Below, piece by piece: positions 24,750 to 34,404 of a stretch of 64,000 nucleotides of DNA; position 1 is the stretch's first letter; each line of letters begins with the position of its first letter. The notes under the pieces are model-generated. The model saw only the letters and a list, made by a program, of their open reading frames with translations. It ran no database searches and was not told the origin of the DNA. This stretch comes from Chloroflexota bacterium (GTDB taxonomy: Bacteria > Chloroflexota > Anaerolineae > UBA1429): assembly GCA_021372475.1 (NCBI GenBank), contig JAJFUJ010000162.1, positions 15,173-79,172 on the forward strand. Reading direction: 5' to 3'. The position numbers were made by a program, and so were the translations under genes.

Positions 24750-25907
24750 ATGTTAGCCACGCGCGAATACCTGGAGACGATTGAGTTGGAACATTTGGCG
24801 CCTTACGCGCAGCTCAGCAAGCACACGCATACTCGCGGGAGGGTTCATCCCGAGCCAGAACACGCGTACCGCACCGCTTTCCAGCGCGATCGCGACCGCG
24901 TCCTGCATACGACGGCTTTCCGACGCCTGGAATACAAGACGCAGGTATTTGTAAACTATGAAGGTGACCACTACCGCACGCGCTTGACACATACCCTCGA
25001 GGTATCCCAAATTGCGCGTACCCTGGCCCGCGTTTTGCTAGTGAACGAGGACCTGACGGAAGCGATTGCCCTGGCGCATGATTTGGGGCACACCCCGTTC
25101 GGCCACGCGGGCGAACGCACGCTGCACGACAAGATGCTCGATTTCGGCGGATTCAACCACAACACCCACGGGCTGCGCATTGTGGAGGAGCTGGAGGATC
25201 GATATCCCTCCTTCCATGGATTGAACCTCACTTGGGAAGTCCGCGAAGGCATCATTAAGCATGCCACCGAGTACGACACGCCGCAGGCTGTCGATTATGA
25301 GCCGCAGCTTCGTTCTTCGCTCGAAGGACAAATTATTAACACCGCCGATGAAATCGCTTACAATACCCACGACCTTGATGATGGCCTGAGATCGGGACTG
25401 ATTTCACCGCAGCAGTTGCTGGATGTCGAACTGTGGCGCGAGGCGCTGCGCGAACTGCAGTTGGATTCGAATAGCCTGAGCTCACTTGACCGCAACAGGA
25501 TTATCCACTATCTGATCAACCGCGAGGTAACGGACGTTGTGCAGGCAACCGAGCGTGGGCTGCAGCAATCGCAAGTCAACAGCCCGGATGAAGTGAGGGC
25601 TGCTCCCCAAGACCTGGTGGTATTCTCCGAAGCCCAGAGCGCTCTCAATCGCGAACTGCGGGATTTCCTGTACCGCAACCTCTACCGCAATTGGCGTGTC
25701 ATGCGCATGACCGCCAAGGTAACCCATATGGTCGGCGAACTGTTTGACTATTTCGTAGAGCACCCGGAACTGCTGCCGCCTGAGCACCAGCTAAGGGCAA
25801 AGGATCTGCCAATTCAACGCGTCGTCTGCGATTATATCGCCGGCATGACCGACCGCTACGCTTTGCAGGAATACCGACGGCTGCTGGATCCCGAAGAGAA
25901 GGGCTAG
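24750..25907 (+). CDS. dgt: dGTPase-like HD-domain deoxynucleoside triphosphate triphosphohydrolase
   Basis: RTRLTHTLEVSQIAR...HDLGHTPFGHAGE HD motif. Confidence 0.85.
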   Translation: MLATREYLETIELEHLAPYAQLSKHTHTRGRVHPEPEHAYRTAFQRDRDRVLHTTAFRRLEYKTQVFVNYEGDHYRTRLTHTLEVSQIARTLARVLLVNEDLTEAIALAHDLGHTPFGHAGERTLHDKMLDFGGFNHNTHGLRIVEELEDRYPSFHGLNLTWEVREGIIKHATEYDTPQAVDYEPQLRSSLEGQIINTADEIAYNTHDLDDGLRSGLISPQQLLDVELWREALRELQLDSNSLSSLDRNRIIHYLINREVTDVVQATERGLQQSQVNSPDEVRAAPQDLVVFSEAQSALNRELRDFLYRNLYRNWRVMRMTAKVTHMVGELFDYFVEHPELLPPEHQLRAKDLPIQRVVCDYIAGMTDRYALQEYRRLLDPEEKG

Positions 25908-25908
25908 C

Positions 25909-27138
25909 TCAGTCGGCCATCTCCGCGGTAATTTCGAGCGCCAGCCTGCGGAAATAACTTTTGTTCGGGTCGATGCTGGTATCGTATTCAGCAGCCACGA
26001 CTTGGGCTGTAATACGCAGGGAACGTGTCTCCAGGATGATTAACGCCCCAGGCTCGGCAAGTACCAGGTCGCCTTTGGCGCTCAAACGGTTGTTGAGCGT
26101 AGGGTTCTCATAGGCGTATTCGCTCACCAGGAACTTGCTGACGCTGCTCACATCGCCTTTATCAAACAACCATACCTCCAGAGCATCCACATGCTGAGGA
26201 CCGATAGCCGGCAACACATCGCTCACGCCGATGCCACAATCCCCCATAAAGACGCCTTCAGGCGTAGAGATGGTGAACGAGCAGTCAAAGTCGTCAGCGC
26301 CAAAGGCATATTCAGCTTCATAACTACCCAACACGCCCGCCTCTGCGCTCTCAACCGCGTCTGTCAGGATATTCTCGTTCTGTCTATCGTCTGTAGCAGG
26401 CCGGGTAAGGTGCGGGTCGGGAGCCTGGAATTTCGGGGTAGGAGTAATGCGCTGCGGTTCGGCGTCTAGCTCTTCGACCGGCACAAAGGGCTGCCCGCTG
26501 GTATACTGGGCAGCCGCCTCACCGCTCAGCGCATGGCTGGGCGCGGTATCGAACTGCTCCACGTCAGGCTCGCTCTCAGCCTCAACCTGCATGCTGGTAT
26601 CGCCAGGCACCCCTGGCTCCTCACCACCCTCCTGGCGTTTGAGATTTTGTTTGGCCATATACCATAGCCCCAGAGCCAGCAGGGCCAGAAAAACCAACAC
26701 GGCGCCAATAAAGAGCAAGATACGCCATACTTCTACATTGCGCCGGGCATTAGGCTCTTCCTCCAAAGCTCCTTCCTGAGGCAGGTTGAGAGCATCGGCC
26801 ATGCTCAACAGACGCTGCGCCCCCTGTTCATCACTTTGATTCTGGAGGGCTGTAGCTTCCTGCTCAATCACGGCCCCAAGCTGCTTCCAGGTCAAATCAT
26901 CGTTGACCAGACGGCCAAGGCGCTGGCGGGCAAGTTCCTCATCGCCATTGAGCGCGAAAGAATCGGCAGCCATGCTAATCCAGGCGCTGCGGTCGGCCTC
27001 TGGAAGCGTATCGGTTGCATCTGCCCCCTTTGAGAATGCCCCCCCTATGGCAAGGCCCAAGAGCAGACAGACGACGCCAATACCGATGAACCAGGCAAGT
27101 TTGTTATCACGGTCAAGTGAAAATCCCCTTTTTCTCAT
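25909..27138 (-). CDS. Hypothetical membrane-anchored protein with an acidic, low-complexity central region
   Basis: GAGGAGG RBS 5 nt before ATG 27138; the track start at 27240 is rejected. Two predicted TM helices and a D/E-rich linker. No recognisable domain. Confidence 0.5.
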   Translation of the reverse strand: MRKRGFSLDRDNKLAWFIGIGVVCLLLGLAIGGAFSKGADATDTLPEADRSAWISMAADSFALNGDEELARQRLGRLVNDDLTWKQLGAVIEQEATALQNQSDEQGAQRLLSMADALNLPQEGALEEEPNARRNVEVWRILLFIGAVLVFLALLALGLWYMAKQNLKRQEGGEEPGVPGDTSMQVEAESEPDVEQFDTAPSHALSGEAAAQYTSGQPFVPVEELDAEPQRITPTPKFQAPDPHLTRPATDDRQNENILTDAVESAEAGVLGSYEAEYAFGADDFDCSFTISTPEGVFMGDCGIGVSDVLPAIGPQHVDALEVWLFDKGDVSSVSKFLVSEYAYENPTLNNRLSAKGDLVLAEPGALIILETRSLRITAQVVAAEYDTSIDPNKSYFRRLALEITAEMAD

Positions 27139-27158
27139 TCCAGCCTCCTCAGTATATG

Positions 27159-28241
27159 CTAGCTCTGAATTGGTTGAACAACTGCCACTTTGGGCGCCTG
27201 CGTCAGGATTGTACAACCTGAGTCGTCCAAAAGCACACAATCCTCAATGCGGATTCCTCCCCAGCCCTGCTCGTATACACCCGGCTCGATGGTGACCACT
27301 GCACCGGCAGGCAGCTTGGCGACAGTCAGGCGAGAAAGGCTGGGCTTTTCATGGATCTCAAGCCCGACACCGTGACCTAGACCGTGCCCGAATTTATCAG
27401 CCAGACCGGCATCGGCTATCACCCGTCTCGCCAAGGCATCCGCCTCAACGCCAGTCATGCCAGCTCTGACGCTCGCTTCGGCAGTCTGCTGAGCTCGCAA
27501 TACCAAGTCCCAGCGTTCCAGATAGGTATCATCAGCGCGGCCATAACAGAATGAGCGCGTGATATCCGAACAATACCCATGATAACGCGCGCCGATATCT
27601 ATCACAAGCATATCGCCAATGCGCAGGCTACGTTCACCCGGTATAGCGTGCGCCATCGCACCGTTCTCACCAACGGCAGTGATCGAGTCAAACGAAAGCG
27701 CTTCTGCGCCGTGGGTACGCATGAACGACTCTATCTCCCAGGCGATTTGCAGCTCGTTAACGCCGGGTCTGAGCCACTCCATGATATGCAGCATCGCCTC
27801 ATCCGCAATCCTAACTGCCTCCTTGATGACGGATACTTCCGCTTCATCCTTGCTGACGCGCAGATCTTCCACCAGATTAGTCTGGGGCACCCACTCGACT
27901 CCGCTAGGAAGGGCTTGCTGGTATTCGGTGAACGTCTTGACGGTCAGCGCGTGGCTCTCAAAGCCAAGACGCTTGACAGGCAAAGCCGAAAATGCCAGCG
28001 CAAGCGCGGCTGTCATCGTTTCTGTGATTTTCACGAGTGTAAACTCGGGAGCCTGGCGCTCAGCCTGCTCGAAATAGCGCGAATCGGTCACAATCAAGGC
28101 ATCGCCGGGGGTAACCAACAGTACACAATCACCGCTGGTAAAGCCGGAGATATAACGGATATTACTCGCTTGAGTAATCATCAGGGCATCGAGTGCCTGG
28201 CTAGATAATGCGCTACGCAGCCTGCTCAATCTGTTTGTCAT
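27159..28241 (-). CDS. pepP: Xaa-Pro aminopeptidase / M24 metallopeptidase
   Basis: M24 motifs DIGARYHGYCSDITR, HGLGHGVGLEIHE and AVVTIEPGVY. Confidence 0.85.
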   Translation of the reverse strand: MTNRLSRLRSALSSQALDALMITQASNIRYISGFTSGDCVLLVTPGDALIVTDSRYFEQAERQAPEFTLVKITETMTAALALAFSALPVKRLGFESHALTVKTFTEYQQALPSGVEWVPQTNLVEDLRVSKDEAEVSVIKEAVRIADEAMLHIMEWLRPGVNELQIAWEIESFMRTHGAEALSFDSITAVGENGAMAHAIPGERSLRIGDMLVIDIGARYHGYCSDITRSFCYGRADDTYLERWDLVLRAQQTAEASVRAGMTGVEADALARRVIADAGLADKFGHGLGHGVGLEIHEKPSLSRLTVAKLPAGAVVTIEPGVYEQGWGGIRIEDCVLLDDSGCTILTQAPKVAVVQPIQS

Positions 28242-28264
28242 CGCCTATATTCCTCTGAGCATAT

Positions 28265-28978
28265 TTATGCGGATTCCGCCATCAGCCGAATCGCAGTGAG
28301 ATTGCCTTCCACTACTCGAACACTGAATAACGCACCAAAATTGGCTGTAAAGCGGTCCTCTACCTCGCGCATAGGCGGCGTCTTGCCTAGTTCAGCCGCT
28401 AGGCTGGTAACTCCGCCGTCGGTGATCCCGCAAGGGATTATCATCGACCAGTGGCGCATATTCGGGTCAACATTGAACGCCAAACCATGATAGCATATCC
28501 CGCCCTTGATGCGAACCCCAAGCGCCGTAAGCTTGTTGTTGCCTACCCAAACCCCGATAATTCCATCGCGGCGATGGGTGTTGATGCCGTAATCGGCAGC
28601 CAAAGCTGCAGCGACATCCTCCAGGCGGTGCATATAGTCGCTTGGGCCCAAGCCCAGGGTCGGAAGGTGTAGGATCGGATAGGCGACCAGTTGCCCGGGG
28701 CCGTGATAAGTCACGTCGCCGCCACGTTCGGTCCGACAAACCTGGACGCCTTCACCCGCCAATGCCTCCGAGCTGGCAAGAATATGGGTTGGATCGGCGC
28801 GCCGCCCCAGGGTAATCACCGGCTCATGCTCCAGGAGCAGCAGCACATCCGGAATGCGGTTCTGCTGACGCAGCGCAACCAGCTCTTTCTGCAGTTCCTC
28901 AACCGGCAGATACGGCTGCAGCCCGAGCCTACAGCAAAACACCTGGCCTATATATCGGCTTCCTATATCCTGGCTCAT
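28265..28978 (-). CDS. lipB: Lipoyl(octanoyl) transferase
   Basis: RGGDVTYHGPGQLVAYPIL is the LipB signature. Confidence 0.85.
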   Translation of the reverse strand: MSQDIGSRYIGQVFCCRLGLQPYLPVEELQKELVALRQQNRIPDVLLLLEHEPVITLGRRADPTHILASSEALAGEGVQVCRTERGGDVTYHGPGQLVAYPILHLPTLGLGPSDYMHRLEDVAAALAADYGINTHRRDGIIGVWVGNNKLTALGVRIKGGICYHGLAFNVDPNMRHWSMIIPCGITDGGVTSLAAELGKTPPMREVEDRFTANFGALFSVRVVEGNLTAIRLMAESA

Positions 28979-28985
28979 GTTTGCG

Positions 28986-29921
28986 CTAACCCAACCTGGC
29001 GCCTATAAATCCGCGGTGACCGCGGGCAAATTCAATCGCTGTCATCGCGCGTTTATTGGCCGGCTGCACTTGATCGAACAACAGCATACCTTCGCCTGCA
29101 ATGACTCCCACCTGTCCATCATACATTATTACAGTACCTGGCTCCCCTTGCAGCGGCGTTTCGACGGTGCTTGACGCTTTCAGCACCTTGAGCAGGAGAC
29201 CGTCCAGCAGCGTCCAGGTGCCCGGCCATGGATTCAGGGCGCGCACCTGGCGCTCCAGCATGCTGCTGGACAAGCTAAAATCCAACTTGCCTTGCATGCG
29301 GGTGAGCGGCGGCGCCCAGGTAACTTGGCTCTCATCCTGTGGCTGGGGTATTATTTTACCTGCCAGCCAATCCGGCAGTGTATCCTTCAGCAGAGCAGCA
29401 CCGCAATGCGCCAGCTTATTTGTGAGTGATGGTGTGGCGTCATCCGGGGCAATAGGCATGCTGCGCTGCGCGATGATTGCGCCCGTATCCATGCCAGTAT
29501 CCGTATGCATAAGCGTGACCCCAGTTATCTCATCGCCGTTCAGGATTGCAGCCGCAATCGGCGCCGCACCGCGCCAGCGGGGCAAAAGGGAAGCGTGCAC
29601 GCCGATGCATCCGCCGGGGGCAAGCGTCAAGATATTCTGGCGCAGAATCTGGCCGTAAGCTGCCAGAACGAGCACGTCCGGCGCGAGCGCGCGTAAATGA
29701 GCGTAAAGAGCGACATCGCGCCGCAGGCTGGGAGGTTGAATTACGGGGAGCTGGTGCGCTGCCGCCCACACCTTGACGGGCGGCTGTATCAGCCTGGTGC
29801 GGCCTCGTCCGGCAGCTTGGTCCGGTTGAGTGATAACAGCTACCACCTCATGCGTATCGTACAAGCATTCCAGGACTGGCACCGCGAACTCGGGTGTGCC
29901 TAGAAACACCACCTTGGCCAT
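28986..29921 (-). CDS. fmt: Methionyl-tRNA formyltransferase
   Basis: MAKVVFLGTPEFAVPVLECL N-terminus. GAAGGAG RBS upstream of the internal ATG; the track start at 29978 is likely over-extended. Confidence 0.88.
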   Translation of the reverse strand: MAKVVFLGTPEFAVPVLECLYDTHEVVAVITQPDQAAGRGRTRLIQPPVKVWAAAHQLPVIQPPSLRRDVALYAHLRALAPDVLVLAAYGQILRQNILTLAPGGCIGVHASLLPRWRGAAPIAAAILNGDEITGVTLMHTDTGMDTGAIIAQRSMPIAPDDATPSLTNKLAHCGAALLKDTLPDWLAGKIIPQPQDESQVTWAPPLTRMQGKLDFSLSSSMLERQVRALNPWPGTWTLLDGLLLKVLKASSTVETPLQGEPGTVIMYDGQVGVIAGEGMLLFDQVQPANKRAMTAIEFARGHRGFIGARLG

Positions 29922-30107
29922 ATCAGCAACGCACTCCTTCACACAAACCAGTATCCAGTGATTCCCACTGGCAGCCATTCTAGCACAGCCTGGTCAGCCA
30001 GGCAATGCGCAACCTAGCATCAACGGCAGCGTATTGTACGTGTAAGACAATTGATACATGCTAAAAACTAGGCCGAATAAACTTAAATTAATGACGGAGG
30101 ACACATA

Positions 30108-30551
30108 ATGACCGAGCATGAGACAAAACCCCTGGAGCCATTCGGATTACCTGAAGAGCCGAGCAACGCGTCTTCAGGAAATGCCTCCATGAACCAGGTG
30201 CCGAGCGAAGACCGCCTGTGGGCGGGATTGGCCTATTGGAGCCAAATCGTATTGCCAGGCGTGCTGCCAGCGATTCTGCTCCTGAGCGGCCACACCAACA
30301 AGAACAAGTTCGTACGCTACCATGCCATTCACAGCTTAGCCTTCATATTGCTTTCTGTAATCTATCTGATTATAGCGACTATCTTTGTCATCACGATTGC
30401 TGAGGTGGCTTCTTTTACGCTATGTATGACCTGGCTGCTTTTCCTGGTGCCGGCCGTACCACTCATCTATTATGGCGTTCACGCCTACAAAGGCGAAACT
30501 CGCAATGTGCCTTGGCTGACCGGCTTTCTCAAGCAATGCCGCCTTATCTAG
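30108..30551 (+). CDS. Small integral membrane protein (DUF4870-like)
   Basis: Three or four predicted TM helices. WAGLAYWSQIV...RYHAIHSLAF block. No enzymatic motif. Confidence 0.5.
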   Translation: MTEHETKPLEPFGLPEEPSNASSGNASMNQVPSEDRLWAGLAYWSQIVLPGVLPAILLLSGHTNKNKFVRYHAIHSLAFILLSVIYLIIATIFVITIAEVASFTLCMTWLLFLVPAVPLIYYGVHAYKGETRNVPWLTGFLKQCRLI

Positions 30552-30567
30552 CCTGAAGGAACATAAA

Positions 30568-30597
30568 CTTGCCCAACAGGGGCCGGCCTTGCTATAA
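30568..30597 (+). promoter_or_regulatory. Sigma-70-like promoter for recJ: -35 TTGCCC, 18-nt spacer, -10 TATAAT
   Basis: Hexamers at 30568-30573 and 30592-30597. ATG at 30625. Confidence 0.45.
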
Positions 30598-30624
30598 TCC
30601 AGAAAACAATCCTGTGAGGAAAGC

Positions 30625-32310
30625 TTGGCAGCTAAAAACTGGCGCCTTCGGCGGCGTGAGAATGATGCATTTGTCAACGGCCATCCTGAGATCGATCCGC
30701 TACTGGCCAAGATTCTTTGGGCGCGGCACATCGATCAACCCGAGCAACTAGCGTCTTTTCTGCGTGAGCCTGGCCTGCTTTTGGCAGATCCTCTGCTCAT
30801 GCTCGGGATGGATAGAGCCACCGACCGCCTGGCGCGGGCAATCGAATCGCATGAGCAGATGGTCGTCTATGGCGATTTCGATGCTGACGGCGTATCGTCC
30901 ACAGCGCTGCTCTTGAGCGCGCTGCGGGCGCTTGGCGCCGTAGTCGATACCTATATTCCTGATCGTTTCTCTGAATCTTACGGATTGAACACTCCTGCGC
31001 TGGAACGCTTATACAGCATGGGTGCCCGTCTGGTCGTTACGGTGGATTGCGGTATACGTTCGGTGGCTGAAGTGGAGGCTGCCAACCGCCTGGGATTGGA
31101 TATCGTCATTACCGATCACCACGCAATTCCGCCTGTGCTGCCACCGGCCTATGCCGTAGTTGATCCCAAGCAATCCGGCTGCCCATATCCCTTCAAGGAA
31201 CTGTCCGGCGTTGGCATCGCCTATCAACTCAGCCGCGCTTTGTACCATAAGCTGTGCCAGCGCGAACCAGAGCGCGAGCTGCTCGATTTAGTGGCGCTTG
31301 GCACCGTTTCGGATATCGTTCCGCTGACGGGCGAGAATCGCATACTCGTGCAGCACGGGCTTGATGTGCTGCACCGTACCCAGCGCCCAGGATTACAGGC
31401 GCTGATGTGTACGGCCGGCATTGTCCCCGAACAAGCGGATAGCACGGCGATAGCCTTCCGGCTCGGACCGCGCATCAATGCCGCCGGACGGCTGCATTCT
31501 GCACAGCTCGCACTCGATCTGCTGACTACGAACGAACCCGATAAGGCTGAGTCGCTGGCGCAGCAACTTTCGGCAATCAACGGTGAACGGCAGAGCCTGC
31601 TCAACGAGCAGGTGGAGCTGGCGCAAGAGCTGCTGAGCAAAACCAACCACGAGCGCTTGTTGTTCGCGGCGCATCCGGATTTCCACGAGGGGTTGGTCGG
31701 GCTAGTTGCCAGCAGACTGTGCGAGGAGTATTACCGGCCGGCGTTTGTCATGAAGTGCGGTGACGAGAACACCCGCGGCTCTGCACGCAGCATCGAGGGG
31801 CTGCATGTTACGGCGGCGCTCGATACCTGCCAAGACCTGCTGCTGCGTTATGGCGGGCATGCCAAGGCAGCCGGATTTACACTCGCCACCAGGGATATTG
31901 ATAACCTTCGGGAGCGGCTAGAGCAACATATCGCTTCCCTCATCCAGGCAGATACCTTTACCCAGCGCCTGCTGGTAGATGCCATCGTTCCGCTGGAGAT
32001 GATTTCGCCACATTCGCCCGTAGCGCTGCAGTCTCTGGAACCCATCGGCGACGCAAATCCAGAGCCGGCGCTGGCTACACTGGCCCTAAAGGTTGCGCAT
32101 GTCCGCCAGATTGGCGCAGATAACCGGCATCTGCGCCTGGATGTGAGCGACGGCAACCGAGCGCTGCCTGTGATTGCCTTCCGCCAGGGGGATAAAGCGG
32201 CTGCCCTCGCGAATGGGCAGCTCATTGATATGGTCTACCGCCCCAGTATCGAGGCATGGCAGGGGCAGGAAACGCTCCAACTAATCGCTCAGGATATACG
32301 GATTCACTAA
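30625..32310 (+). CDS. recJ: Single-stranded-DNA-specific exonuclease RecJ (DHH/DHHA1)
   Basis: DHH motif VVTVDCG...IVITDHH and the C-terminal DHHA1 block (GGHAKAAG). Confidence 0.9.
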   Translation: MAAKNWRLRRRENDAFVNGHPEIDPLLAKILWARHIDQPEQLASFLREPGLLLADPLLMLGMDRATDRLARAIESHEQMVVYGDFDADGVSSTALLLSALRALGAVVDTYIPDRFSESYGLNTPALERLYSMGARLVVTVDCGIRSVAEVEAANRLGLDIVITDHHAIPPVLPPAYAVVDPKQSGCPYPFKELSGVGIAYQLSRALYHKLCQREPERELLDLVALGTVSDIVPLTGENRILVQHGLDVLHRTQRPGLQALMCTAGIVPEQADSTAIAFRLGPRINAAGRLHSAQLALDLLTTNEPDKAESLAQQLSAINGERQSLLNEQVELAQELLSKTNHERLLFAAHPDFHEGLVGLVASRLCEEYYRPAFVMKCGDENTRGSARSIEGLHVTAALDTCQDLLLRYGGHAKAAGFTLATRDIDNLRERLEQHIASLIQADTFTQRLLVDAIVPLEMISPHSPVALQSLEPIGDANPEPALATLALKVAHVRQIGADNRHLRLDVSDGNRALPVIAFRQGDKAAALANGQLIDMVYRPSIEAWQGQETLQLIAQDIRIH

Positions 32311-32398
32311 TTGCGGTGAAAACGCGCAACTCGGCATACAGAAAAAACGAATAGTAATATAATACTGATGTAGCGCATGATGAAAGGAGTTGTCTATT

Positions 32399-33073
32399 AT
32401 GGCATCACTATTGGAAAGAGTCGGTACACTCATCTCGGCCAATCTGAACTATCTGGTAAGTAAGGCGCTCAAAGCCAACAGCATGGCTGTTATCGATGAG
32501 TACATCCGTAAAATTGAGGATAACCTTGAGGCCCTCGAGGATGCCGCGGCTACTGTCGGCGGCGAGGCCAAGGGAATGCGCCGCAAGGCTCAGGAATACC
32601 AGGCCAAATCCGAGGAGTTGGACCGCAGTATCGACCTGTTCCTGCGCTCCGGCAAGGAGGATCTGGCTCGCTCAACCCAGAGCAACCTGAACACGATGAT
32701 GCGTCTGGCGGATACCTACAAAGAACAAGCTGATTCCCAGGAAGCAGAATATCACAAGCTGGTGGAAGCCAAAGGCAAGCTTGAGACTAAGCTGACGGAA
32801 ACCAAGCAGGAGCGCGAGGAGCTGCAGGCCATGCTCGATCTGGCCAAATCCAAAGAGACCACACACAAAGTTGTATCCGGAGTGGCCGGAGCTACCGCGG
32901 CTGATAGCGGCATTGACGAGATGCGCACAGCCATTCAGTCACGCCTGGATAAGGCAGCCGCCCAGGGCGAGATGGATGCTTCGCGTTTAGAACGTCAGGC
33001 TGCCGAGGTGCTTGAGCAGGATACGCTGGACACTCAGTTGGCTGAGCGCAAGCGCAAGCTTGGTCTCAGTTGA
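32399..33073 (+). CDS. pspA: PspA/IM30 (ESCRT-III-like) membrane-stress protein
   Basis: Coiled-coil PspA N-terminus MASLLERVGTLISANLNYLVSKA. AAAGGAG RBS and a TATAAT box at 32358-32363. Confidence 0.85.
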   Translation: MASLLERVGTLISANLNYLVSKALKANSMAVIDEYIRKIEDNLEALEDAAATVGGEAKGMRRKAQEYQAKSEELDRSIDLFLRSGKEDLARSTQSNLNTMMRLADTYKEQADSQEAEYHKLVEAKGKLETKLTETKQEREELQAMLDLAKSKETTHKVVSGVAGATAADSGIDEMRTAIQSRLDKAAAQGEMDASRLERQAAEVLEQDTLDTQLAERKRKLGLS

Positions 33074-33164
33074 TATATTCAGTAACGCTAGAGGCATTTC
33101 AGCCTGCTCGGGATGCCTCTTCGATATTTTGTTGTATCTGCCTGTCTTGTCGATGAGGTAAGGC

Positions 33165-34349
33165 ATGACCAAAACGCGCTGGGTTTTTATTATTCTCATT
33201 TTAATCGTCGCCGTGGTAGTCGGCGCGGCGCTGCTCACTCGCCAGAACGAGGGGATTACCACCGTCAGCGAGAGCGGGCCAATCGAAGTGCGCATTGTAT
33301 GCGCTCTGCCTGTCGAGCCGTTTGTGTCACAAGCTGCCAAACAGTATAACGCGGAAAAGCACGAGCTCGAAGGGCGGGTCATCGAGGTCAGTATCGTGCC
33401 CATGGACGGCTTGACCGCGATGAGCCGCTGGGAAAGCGGCGAAATGGAGCCTGTGCCGACGGTGTGGATACCCGACAGCCGTTACCTGGTGGAACTCGTC
33501 AATGCCACGCTCAAAGAACAACGCGGACGGGATGTCTTTTTAACCGGCGGGGAATACCGTGCCCGACCGATTGCCACCTCGCTCTTTTGCTGGGCTATCT
33601 GGCAGAGCCGCGACCAGGTTCTCGAAGCCAAATACGGCGCGAACCTCGGTTGGAAGGATATCCACGATGCGGCCATCACGGCGGGCGGTTGGCCAGAGTT
33701 GGGAGGCAAAGCGGAGTGGGGCTATTTCAAGCTGGTAGTGCCCAATCCGCGGCGCAATGTGGGCGGGTTGATGGCGATGGTAGCTGCCGCCGGTGAATAC
33801 TGGCAGAAAACGCGCATCTCGGTTGAGGATGTGACCAATCCCGAGTTCCAGCAATGGCTGAAAGAGCTGATGGGGGCCGTGACTGACTTTTCCAGCCTAG
33901 GCTCTTACTCCGCTGAAAACCTGGCTTTGTTCGGTTATTCGATGGGAGATGGTGGCCAACTACTGGAAAGCGATCTGCTGGTAAACATGGCCGGCATGCA
34001 AACTCGCTGGGTGGAGCCGATGGACGTGCGCTATCCGCAGTACATCACCTGGTTCGACTTTCCCTATACGATTTGGATGGGAGACGAAACCACCGCGCAG
34101 GAGAAAAATGCTGCCCTGGATTTCCAACACTATCTGCTGACTGCAGACGTCCAGAAACTAGCGGTGGGCTACGGCCTGCGGCCAGCCAACACCGAGGTTG
34201 CGATAGACGACGCGGACAGCCTGTTCGTCAAGTGGCAGGAGCAAGGCGTGTTGGCTGTGGTGCCTGCGACCACCCAGATGCGCCCGCCTGATCGTGAAGT
34301 GCTGTTGGCTTTGCTACGCTGGTTCGATCTCAACGTGAGTCAGCGTTAA
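33165..34349 (+). CDS. Membrane-anchored periplasmic solute-binding-like protein (paralog of the next gene)
   Basis: N-terminal TM helix plus a roughly 350-aa binding-protein-like ectodomain. Shares blocks with the next ORF (FKLVVPNPRRNVGGLMAMVAAAG versus FKWSHPSAGTASGLLTTLAIFYAG). Confidence 0.5.
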   Translation: MTKTRWVFIILILIVAVVVGAALLTRQNEGITTVSESGPIEVRIVCALPVEPFVSQAAKQYNAEKHELEGRVIEVSIVPMDGLTAMSRWESGEMEPVPTVWIPDSRYLVELVNATLKEQRGRDVFLTGGEYRARPIATSLFCWAIWQSRDQVLEAKYGANLGWKDIHDAAITAGGWPELGGKAEWGYFKLVVPNPRRNVGGLMAMVAAAGEYWQKTRISVEDVTNPEFQQWLKELMGAVTDFSSLGSYSAENLALFGYSMGDGGQLLESDLLVNMAGMQTRWVEPMDVRYPQYITWFDFPYTIWMGDETTAQEKNAALDFQHYLLTADVQKLAVGYGLRPANTEVAIDDADSLFVKWQEQGVLAVVPATTQMRPPDREVLLALLRWFDLNVSQR

Positions 34350-34404
34350 CCGTTAAACCAGTGGGCAGCTCGCCTGTGGTCTGTATAGGATTTGGAGAAC
34401 GAGC

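Noticed and set aside
24750-25907. dGTPase (dgt) as a possible anti-phage dNTP-depletion defence gene
   Set aside because: It is flanked by dinB and ordinary housekeeping genes, with no defence-island partners (no RM, Abi, toxin or mobile-element genes). Most likely it is the housekeeping dGTPase.
31224-31686. Minus-strand ORFs of 140 and 97 aa inside recJ
   Set aside because: They are antisense to recJ. They are Ser/Cys/Arg-rich with no domain.
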